A DNA stretch of 59,482 nt from the IMG/VR virus record IMGVR_UViG_3300042549_002361, positions 1 through 59,482 of that record; one strand, given 5' to 3'. The stretch's first letter is position 1, and the number at the start of each line of letters is the position of its first letter. The notes beneath the pieces are model-generated. The model had not been told where the DNA came from and searched no databases. It saw nothing but the letters and a program-made list of their open reading frames with translations. A program made the position numbers and the translations under genes. The stretch is from a virus. Its lineage: Duplodnaviria; Caudoviricetes. This document shows, piece after piece, positions 47,306 to 54,647 of the stretch.

Positions 47306-48170
47306 AGTCTTGTTCCATCTGTTTAATCATTTTAGCTGTGAGCCAGTCTTTTTCTACATAGTGAAATGGCAATAACTGCTGAAAGTTTCCTATTTTAAAG
47401 TCTCGGTAATTATTATAATATGTAGGTATAGTTTTAGACCAATTATGACTTATTAGTGATGTAGGCACGTTTTGTATATGACTTTTCATGTGTACAAAAG
47501 TTGGTACTGCATCGATATTTTCTCGGGTACACTCATGCTCTATACCCAATAGTTGCATAGCAAGTGCAAATGCCACATCTCCGCTGAGCCAGTCGGGTTT
47601 GCCTTCAGGCATGTACTTGTAAAAGAAACGCTGCCAGTGCTGGAATATTACTTCTGTCATAGCAAACAATTCACTGGCTAATTCGCTTTTCTTAAAATAA
47701 AAGAAAGCTGTGTACACATTAGGCAAGTTATTCTTTACAAAGTATTCTCGATAGTAGTTACTGCTAACAGTTTCCCCGCGGAAGGTACGTACTTTTGTTG
47801 TAGCCCATACATCACGTTGACTTAATATATCCCACCAATGACTTACATCTGTGGGGAATATCATATCTGTATCAAGTATAACTGTTTCGTCATACGGAGA
47901 CATATACAAGTATTTCCACTTGTTATTGATTTTCCACTCTGCATCTGCTGCATCATCCTGCCAAGGAATGTCAATTATATAATCAAACACTTGCTTGTGC
48001 TTACTAGTGATCTTCTTTTTAGTTTCTGCATCCACACATACAGTTAAGTTATTAACAGTGCTTTGAGTAAGTTTTAAGTTAAGTGCAAGAGCATAAGCCT
48101 GTTGAAGATAATCAACAGTCCCAGTGTTTTGTGCTATAACTATATAACCCTTACTTGTTGTCATATACAT
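47295..48170 (-). CDS. GT-A glycosyltransferase (GT8-like)
   Basis: SPYDETVILDTDM (DxD), PNVYTAFFYFKKS, D.AF..A, FVHMK. Confidence 0.75.
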   Translation of the reverse strand: MYMTTSKGYIVIAQNTGTVDYLQQAYALALNLKLTQSTVNNLTVCVDAETKKKITSKHKQVFDYIIDIPWQDDAADAEWKINNKWKYLYMSPYDETVILDTDMIFPTDVSHWWDILSQRDVWATTKVRTFRGETVSSNYYREYFVKNNLPNVYTAFFYFKKSELASELFAMTEVIFQHWQRFFYKYMPEGKPDWLSGDVAFALAMQLLGIEHECTRENIDAVPTFVHMKSHIQNVPTSLISHNWSKTIPTYYNNYRDFKIGNFQQLLPFHYVEKDWLTAKMIKQMEQDYGI

Positions 48171-48957
48171 ATTCTATAAATTCAGGACAATAATAATCCA
48201 CAAACTGTGCTTTAATAAATGGTAAAACAATTTCTTTTACAAATTGTGTGTGCATATATGATTGAGGATGAATATCTTTAAATTGATGTTTCTCCCCGTT
48301 ATCTAAGGTTATGTTGAGTACAGGAAAGTGGTCGTCTGACCAGTGTTTGCAGCACCATGTATGCATACTTTCTATAGGTAACCACCTTGTTTTATCTACT
48401 AGATTATTTAACCAAGTGATATTTGGGTTACTTTTTTGATGCAATGAAATATCGTCCGTCATGAAGTCCGTCATGAAGTATTTAATACCTAAGTTGTCAA
48501 GATAATTTTGAACCCACAAAATTTTTTCTAAGGTTGCAACTCGCTGGTTTACCATGTCATGCATATGAGTATAGTAAATTTTATTTGTTTTTTCTGTCCA
48601 GTGATGATTCATAATTAACCATCCGCCGGGATCGTTTTGTACAACATGTGTCGGATTATCGCGCCAATGGTCAGTGTTTTCTAGTTGATGGTGCAAATTT
48701 TCAAAGTATATATCGTGTCGATCAGGCCCGCTCCACATGATACCAACTAAAATTTCTTCCGGTTTAGAACCTTGCTGTAGTGCTTGTTGAACAGCATGTA
48801 CTGCCTTTCTTGCAATAAGGCCATTTCCTTGACTGCTTAATCCGAGATGGTTGCATTCAATGTTGTATGATGTAGTTAAATGACATGGCCATGAATAATT
48901 ATTAGACACATCAGAAAAACTACAGCCAGAAGTAATTATATGTTTAAACTGCTTCAT
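48151..48957 (-). CDS. SGNH-like protein
   Basis: TSGCSFS, LGLSSQGN, MWSGPDR, DIHP. Confidence 0.6.
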   Translation of the reverse strand: MKQFKHIITSGCSFSDVSNNYSWPCHLTTSYNIECNHLGLSSQGNGLIARKAVHAVQQALQQGSKPEEILVGIMWSGPDRHDIYFENLHHQLENTDHWRDNPTHVVQNDPGGWLIMNHHWTEKTNKIYYTHMHDMVNQRVATLEKILWVQNYLDNLGIKYFMTDFMTDDISLHQKSNPNITWLNNLVDKTRWLPIESMHTWCCKHWSDDHFPVLNITLDNGEKHQFKDIHPQSYMHTQFVKEIVLPFIKAQFVDYYCPEFIEYVYDNK

Positions 48958-48965
48958 TTCTTCTC

Positions 48966-49598
48966 TTAATAATTTCCTGATGCTAATACGATTTTACAAA
49001 TATGTTCTAGGCGTTCAATATGTTCATATGCTCGCCACGGTGTGGTATCAATTGCAACTACTCCGTGACCCTTAATACCTACGATATCATACGCAATATT
49101 GCCTTCACTGTCAAGACCTAAGTTGTTATGACACTGGGTAGCAAGTTCTTCGCTGATAGGAGGAACATCTCCTACATTTGGTGCAACCTTAGTGTATCTA
49201 CCCAGTTCGGGGAAGTGTGTCACTAGCTCATTCAAGTTAATACCGGCGTGCATTGCAGCAACACAGTATGTGGGGTGTACGTGAACTACTACGCGAATGT
49301 CATTACTATGCTGACCCAATTCTTTCAGTAAACCAAAGTGCAATGGTAGTTCGCCACTTGGTTGCAACTCGCTAGAGATAGCAGTATAGGGTAGAATTTT
49401 GCAGATTGTTTCAGTGCCAGTATTCATTAGCCCAATCTTTTTAAATTGATCGGGCTGTAGAGTTTGCTTTCTTACCCCACTGGGAGTGATATAGAAGTGG
49501 TCACGGTCATGATGGCGAATACTGATATTGCCGTCGCGGCTAGTAATCCAGTTACGGGCGTAGGCGTCTTTTAGGATATCACAAATTGTTTCTAACAT
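48966..49598 (-). CDS. Class II aldolase/adducin family protein
   Basis: DGNISIR, ITPSG, PSGELPLH, HVHP, HGVVA. Confidence 0.9.
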   Translation of the reverse strand: MLETICDILKDAYARNWITSRDGNISIRHHDRDHFYITPSGVRKQTLQPDQFKKIGLMNTGTETICKILPYTAISSELQPSGELPLHFGLLKELGQHSNDIRVVVHVHPTYCVAAMHAGINLNELVTHFPELGRYTKVAPNVGDVPPISEELATQCHNNLGLDSEGNIAYDIVGIKGHGVVAIDTTPWRAYEHIERLEHICKIVLASGNY

Positions 49599-50487
49599 GA
49601 TTAATTAATTCCTCTCCGGTTCGGTTAATAGCCCATTTATTCATAACATGTAAATCTACCCCACTCCATTTAGTTAGCATAAAGTCGCCAGGACTGCGAG
49701 GTTTTTCTAAATACATGATTAGCGTGCTATCATCAACTGCACTGTGTATGTCGTCTGTGTCAAATGTCTTGTATAGTGTAGTAGGCAATTGCGGAATTCC
49801 TCTGTCTTGGAATCCACTCATCATATGCGCTGCTATGCTAAAACTGTAATCATTTCTATACAAATGGCCTTTCCACTTGTAGATATCTTGATAGTACTGA
49901 CGATTATTTTTTACATGTTTTACACAATTAAAGAAACTTTCGGCATAAGGAGTTTTACGAAAGTATACTACTGTAGCCCAATACATTGTGATACCAAAAT
50001 CATTTAGTCGATTTAGTGTAGAATCTTTACGCTCATACATAATATCCTGATAGCGCCAATTCATCATTAGTTCTTCGTTGTGTCCCCAACATTGATTAAG
50101 TGTATCACTTAGTATTAAGTAGTCTACATCTAATAATATAGTTTCTTCGTACGGACTCAGATCATAAGCATCGCAACGATTAACATTATAAAATGATAAT
50201 GTCTTTGCATTATGGCTGGTATCTTTAAATGTTCTAATATTTTGTTCTTTAAATTTTTTGTCTTTCTCAACAACAATAATGTTATTAATGGCTTTTTTAA
50301 TTGTTGTTTTACCTAAACTTTTTTCTGCATAGTCAAGGCTAGCAGGATCGGTTACGACTGTGATATTTTTAATACCTAGGTGACGCTGAATTAGAAAGCT
50401 GTTAACTACAGCTAATCTAAAATAATCTATCTCTGCGTTATTGTGGGCAAACATAATGATGCCACGATCATTATTTGCCTTCTTCAT
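49579..50487 (-). CDS. GT-A glycosyltransferase-like protein (paralogue of 47295-48170)
   Basis: SPYEETILLDVDY (DxD), WATVVYFRK, RNDYSFSIA, HVMNK. Confidence 0.7.
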   Translation of the reverse strand: MKKANNDRGIIMFAHNNAEIDYFRLAVVNSFLIQRHLGIKNITVVTDPASLDYAEKSLGKTTIKKAINNIIVVEKDKKFKEQNIRTFKDTSHNAKTLSFYNVNRCDAYDLSPYEETILLDVDYLILSDTLNQCWGHNEELMMNWRYQDIMYERKDSTLNRLNDFGITMYWATVVYFRKTPYAESFFNCVKHVKNNRQYYQDIYKWKGHLYRNDYSFSIAAHMMSGFQDRGIPQLPTTLYKTFDTDDIHSAVDDSTLIMYLEKPRSPGDFMLTKWSGVDLHVMNKWAINRTGEELINHVRNNL

Positions 50488-50830
50488 TGAGATCTAGAAC
50501 CTTGTGTACTTTGCGTGATTTGCGTAGCTTTTCGTATTCTGCATAGTAGTCGTTGGTTACTTCAAAATAACGACTAAGTATTTCACTATAAAAACTTTTT
50601 ATATCAATTTTAATTGGGTTATTATAGATGTCTAGCAAGACTGCATCCGTTTGCTGTTCGTCCAGTAATAACTTACAGAAATTAAGCAGCGTCCGATCAA
50701 TAGTAAATGTGCCACCGTTAATGCTGTAGCTAAGAAGACTCTGGGTTTTAGCTCGCAATGCTGCTTGCTGATTATTGAGTGTTACTCGATAATTCGCAAA
50801 TTCTAGTGCTTGTGTTAGACGTGTGCTCAT
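50471..50830 (-). CDS. Conserved phage hypothetical protein
   Basis: ALEFANYRVTL...NGGTFTI...LLD.YNNPI; preceded by CTTAAATA. Confidence 0.7.
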   Translation of the reverse strand: MSTRLTQALEFANYRVTLNNQQAALRAKTQSLLSYSINGGTFTIDRTLLNFCKLLLDEQQTDAVLLDIYNNPIKIDIKSFYSEILSRYFEVTNDYYAEYEKLRKSRKVHKVLDLNEEGK

Positions 50831-50845
50831 AGCTATATTTAAGTC

Positions 50846-50881
50846 AAAAAAAAGCCAGTAAGCTAACTTACTGGCTTTTTT
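50846..50881. terminator. Bidirectional terminator, copy 1 of a duplicated module
   Basis: AAAAAAAGCCAGTAAG-CTAA-CTTACTGGCTTTTTT. Confidence 0.85.
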
Positions 50882-50929
50882 AATTCTACTCTTTTAGTGA
50901 AATTACTTGGGTATAACCCGTGTAATTAA

Positions 50930-51142
50930 TTACTTAGGCTGTTCCGCGTCGCCTTCGGCAGCATCTTTTACAGCAGTTGCAACAGCAGCTTCTTCGGTTA
51001 CTGCTTCGTCAGCTGGTGCAGCTGGTGCAGCTTCTTCAGTAGCTACTACTGCGTTCTCAGCTTCAGGTGTTGCGTTTTCAGTTGAACAAGCTGCTAAACC
51101 AAGTAGTGCAGTTGCAACTGCGATTGTGGTGATCTTTTTCAT
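50930..51142 (-). CDS. Small Ala/Glu-rich lipoprotein
   Basis: MKKITTIAVATALLGLAAC lipobox; SD AAGGAG; TATAAATA upstream. Confidence 0.85.
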   Translation of the reverse strand: MKKITTIAVATALLGLAACSTENATPEAENAVVATEEAAPAAPADEAVTEEAAVATAVKDAAEGDAEQPK

Positions 51143-51177
51143 AGCGTCATTTCTCCTTAAGTGTTTTTCGCTTAAAT

Positions 51178-51185
51178 TATTTATA
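51178..51185 (-). promoter_or_regulatory. T4 late-promoter consensus TATAAATA
   Basis: Exact T4 gp55-type consensus 35 nt upstream of ATG 51142. Confidence 0.6.
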
Positions 51186-51189
51186 TAAT

Positions 51190-51222
51190 AAAAAAGCCAG
51201 CATAATTAAATACTGGCTTTTT
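51190..51222. terminator. Bidirectional terminator, copy 2 of a duplicated module
   Basis: AAAAAAGCCAG...CTGGCTTTTT, same stem as 50846-50881. Confidence 0.8.
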
Positions 51223-51299
51223 AGTGTACTTTACTCTACTCTCGAGTGACCTGCATAGTGTGCATTGTTAAGAGGCAATTTGGGTTCTATTAACTATAT

Positions 51300-52340
51300 T
51301 TATGAACCGCTGATAGCTGCCATGCTAATTGTTGGGGCAGTAATAGTAATGCTCGAACCGTTTGCATTTGGCTGTTTTCTACGACCATTAAGTGTAAGTG
51401 TACCGTCAATGCTGTCAGTGTATCCTGCTGCATCATCGCCTGTAGCCGGAACACCGTCTGGACCAATAGCACCATCAGCGGATGCTGCGGCTGCTGCGGT
51501 ATAAGGATCGAACCACGTAGCAGTCAATGTTATAACAGTTGGATCTGTTATACTATTAACACGGCCTTGTAGTCTAAAGTAGTTTGACGCATATGCGCCT
51601 GATCCATACTTAATGAATAACTGTTGATCGGAAGCAGTTAGTTCATAAAAACCTAAACCTGCACTTGTACCCGAGCTACCAGTAGTATCATTATAGTTCA
51701 TTAGGACATCGCCCATTGCGCTTAGTAAGTTAGTCCAGTCAGTGTTTTGTGAACTAGCTGAGCCGCCTGCGCGGGATGAGCTTACACCTAGTGCGCCGCC
51801 TGCATTAAAAAATGCTCGAGCTGCACCTTCACTTGCAAAGGTCCATGTAGTTACTTCTGTTAGCGTACTAGTCCATGCTGTTGTTCTTGTAACATTGCTA
51901 ACGCTAGACATTGTTGTACTTGCTGGACTAAATCTGTTATCCCAACAATCCTTAATGTTTAGCATTAAGTTATTCCAAGTAGTTGCAGCGATCGATGTAG
52001 CAGTTGTTACGTCAGTGCCTACGCCTGTACGCACTGTTTGACCTAAGAATGCACATAGTGACTGCACATCGTCTTGTAAACGTTTAAAGCCGCCTGTAGC
52101 GTTATCTGCATAAACTAAACCGCCTGAGCTAGCAGCACTAACACCTGCGCCGCCTTGGGTGTAGCCGTATGTGCTGTTTGCGGTATATGTACCTAATGTT
52201 ACATCTGCCGCTGTGCCAAGCAAGAGGTTTACGTTAGTTCTTGCATTGTTAAAATCGGCAGGAGCAACAGTATCAGTACCTGCGACAGCCTGAGTCATTG
52301 TAGTCATTCCGCCGGATGTAATTGTTGCACCTGATGCCAT
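51300..52340 (-). CDS. Virion structural protein (tail/baseplate-associated), Thr/Ser/Ala/Gly-rich
   Basis: TF.S...AR.FFNAGG, W..LL..MG, G.GFY.LT, Y..NY motifs typical of large-phage tail proteins; late motif upstream. Confidence 0.65.
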   Translation of the reverse strand: MASGATITSGGMTTMTQAVAGTDTVAPADFNNARTNVNLLLGTAADVTLGTYTANSTYGYTQGGAGVSAASSGGLVYADNATGGFKRLQDDVQSLCAFLGQTVRTGVGTDVTTATSIAATTWNNLMLNIKDCWDNRFSPASTTMSSVSNVTRTTAWTSTLTEVTTWTFASEGAARAFFNAGGALGVSSSRAGGSASSQNTDWTNLLSAMGDVLMNYNDTTGSSGTSAGLGFYELTASDQQLFIKYGSGAYASNYFRLQGRVNSITDPTVITLTATWFDPYTAAAAASADGAIGPDGVPATGDDAAGYTDSIDGTLTLNGRRKQPNANGSSITITAPTISMAAISGS

Positions 52341-52371
52341 GTAACTCTCCTAAATTAATATACTATTTATT

Positions 52372-53937
52372 TTATTTCACGCCTATTACAGCTTCAACAA
52401 CACCTAAATCGTCGTTGTCTTTCTGTTCAAGACTTCTTCCAATAACTTTTCTTGGATCGTATTCGTTAAATCCTAGTGCCATTGCTGTGCCAGGCAAATG
52501 ACTACTTATGAGTCTTTCGCCCTTTAATACTTTACCTACTACCTTAACTGGTACGCGACCTGTCATTGCAACTGGAAGACCAGTTGATTCACTATTCATT
52601 AAGTAAGCAGGATCAGTTGAAATTACACCAAATACATTTGTATCTTCGATACTTGTTGTTTGAGTAATTTCTGCACTACCGCCTAACTTAATCACTGTGC
52701 CTGGGGCGTAGTCAGCGTCACTAGCATAAATTTCTGCCAAGTCAGCATAGCGTGCGCTAGTGGCAATTGCGGTTACAACGTTAGCTGCAAAACTACCTGC
52801 GCTGTCTCTTAGTACTAGTGTATTAGGTGTTGCTGGTGTTACTGCGTCTGTGGCAGTGCCTGTTGCAAAACTTACGTTACCGCTTACATTAAATTGTGTA
52901 GTATGGATTGTGCTAATTCTCGAACTGCTGTTACCGATTGCTACGTTACCAGCAGTAAAAACAGCGCCAGTTGTACCGTTACCTAAGTATAGTGCCCCAG
53001 TAAATGTATCTGCAAATCTATAACTTGCACTACCAATGTTGTAAGTGTTAGTAGCATCAGGTGTATAACTTCTACCAGTATGAATTACTTCAGTAGCACT
53101 AATATTAGCACCATCTGCGCCCACACTGCCTAAGTTTAGTCTATATGCTGCATCGGCACGATAAGCACGTTGACTTAATGCTAGTGATGTAGTATCGTAT
53201 TCTGTACGTAAGTTTAAGCCAGGGCGAATAATTGAACCAATACCGCCAGTGCCTACTAATTCAGCATACCAGTTGCGATCTTCACCTTCTGTATTGCTGT
53301 TTGAGTTATCTGCTGTAAATTGTGCGTGGTCGCTGAAAATAGCCATAATAGTTTCAGCGCCTGAATTTGTAACAGTACTGCCAACATTAACTGAAGGACT
53401 TGCGGAATCGTTAGCGTATGTTAATGCTAACACTGCACGGTCTACGCCTGTGCTGTCTTTTAAGAAAATATTACGTAGTTTTGTACCATAGTTAGAGGGA
53501 CTGCCTATGTTAGGTGTAGCTTGATATGCATTTGAAATTTCTCCTGCATAACCTGCAAATTTAAAACTGCTACCATCATATATACGTAACTTATCGTCAG
53601 TGGTGTCGAACCATGCTGTGCCTGCTGCTAAGTTAGTTAATGGCTGTGTGGTTCCTACAACAATACCAGTTGATCTTTTCCATCGTGTTCCGTCGTATAC
53701 ACGTAGTAAGTTCTCTGTTTTGTCGTACCATACTTGACCAGTAAGTGTAGTACTTGCGCTAGGTGCAGTTGCACTAGCAAAGTTTTCTAACTGACGCACA
53801 GCATTTTGTGCAAAGTATAAACCGTAGTTAGATACGTTTCTACCAACTAATGCTAACGCATAGCTGCTGGTATCTATCGTACTGTCAGCAACTGTTGTTG
53901 AAACACTCCCGTCACTGTTATTAAATGTATATGGCAT
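52372..53937 (-). CDS. Tail fibre/baseplate structural protein
   Basis: LVGRN..YG...LENFA, GQVWYD...L..YDG..W repeats, C-terminal ARYADLAEIY...GRVPVKV.G. Confidence 0.75.
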   Translation of the reverse strand: MPYTFNNSDGSVSTTVADSTIDTSSYALALVGRNVSNYGLYFAQNAVRQLENFASATAPSASTTLTGQVWYDKTENLLRVYDGTRWKRSTGIVVGTTQPLTNLAAGTAWFDTTDDKLRIYDGSSFKFAGYAGEISNAYQATPNIGSPSNYGTKLRNIFLKDSTGVDRAVLALTYANDSASPSVNVGSTVTNSGAETIMAIFSDHAQFTADNSNSNTEGEDRNWYAELVGTGGIGSIIRPGLNLRTEYDTTSLALSQRAYRADAAYRLNLGSVGADGANISATEVIHTGRSYTPDATNTYNIGSASYRFADTFTGALYLGNGTTGAVFTAGNVAIGNSSSRISTIHTTQFNVSGNVSFATGTATDAVTPATPNTLVLRDSAGSFAANVVTAIATSARYADLAEIYASDADYAPGTVIKLGGSAEITQTTSIEDTNVFGVISTDPAYLMNSESTGLPVAMTGRVPVKVVGKVLKGERLISSHLPGTAMALGFNEYDPRKVIGRSLEQKDNDDLGVVEAVIGVK

Positions 53938-53957
53938 TCTTATTCCCTCAAATAATG

Positions 53958-54608
53958 TTAGCTCAACTGTACTCTGACAGTGTAGATTATCTCAATAATT
54001 CTGTTTTGTGACTTTTGTACAGGATGAAAAACAACATGTGTTAACATAGTACTTGTGTTAATGGGCGTGTCGTCTGTTGGATCGCTAGGATAACTAAACA
54101 GCGCCAGCTCATCAAAAATATAGTCGCCTTCGTTTGTTGTACTGCTGTCAAATAAGTCTTGGTCACTGGGTTCAGCATATCCTAGTGTGCAGGTTACTTT
54201 GATATCAGTGTAACTCGGCCCAGGGATAATTTGAATCTTGTCTGTTTCAGTATCAGCTGAGATAATCTTATAGTAAGTTCTACTGTACAGATTGGCACCA
54301 GTTTCATATGCTTCACTCACACGGGGTGATTTGTAAATAACTCTACCTGCTGTATCTACGCTGGTAGCGCCGTTTCCAAATGCCATATAATGAACGTAAG
54401 CACCTTGTGCATTGTTTAATGCATTAGCAATTAAGTTAGCCATATTGCCGTAATGAATAGCATTACGCTTGTTGATGAGTTCTTCGCCTGTTTCTTTGTC
54501 ACGAATTAGGATATGCCCACTTAGGTTAATACCCGCAACATCATCTGGCTTATTTTTTTGAGTATTTTGCTCTTGCATATTCTCTTTGCCTTCGTCTTTG
54601 TCTAACAT
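53958..54608 (-). CDS. Virion structural (baseplate-associated) protein
   Basis: GHILIRD..TGE, NAIHY, MAFGNG, FDELAL, LTHVVFHPVQKS; start uncertain (54608 or 54578), GATAAATA at 54614-54621. Confidence 0.65.
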   Translation of the reverse strand: MLDKDEGKENMQEQNTQKNKPDDVAGINLSGHILIRDKETGEELINKRNAIHYGNMANLIANALNNAQGAYVHYMAFGNGATSVDTAGRVIYKSPRVSEAYETGANLYSRTYYKIISADTETDKIQIIPGPSYTDIKVTCTLGYAEPSDQDLFDSSTTNEGDYIFDELALFSYPSDPTDDTPINTSTMLTHVVFHPVQKSQNRIIEIIYTVRVQLS

Positions 54609-54647
54609 ACGTTTATTTATCACTTTTTTTAAAGTAGTACATAATTT

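Noticed and set aside
21565-50830. Bacterial O-antigen/capsule locus or antibiotic gene cluster
   Set aside because: No wzx/wzy/ABC exporter or regulators; contiguous and co-oriented with phage structural genes and carries phage late motifs
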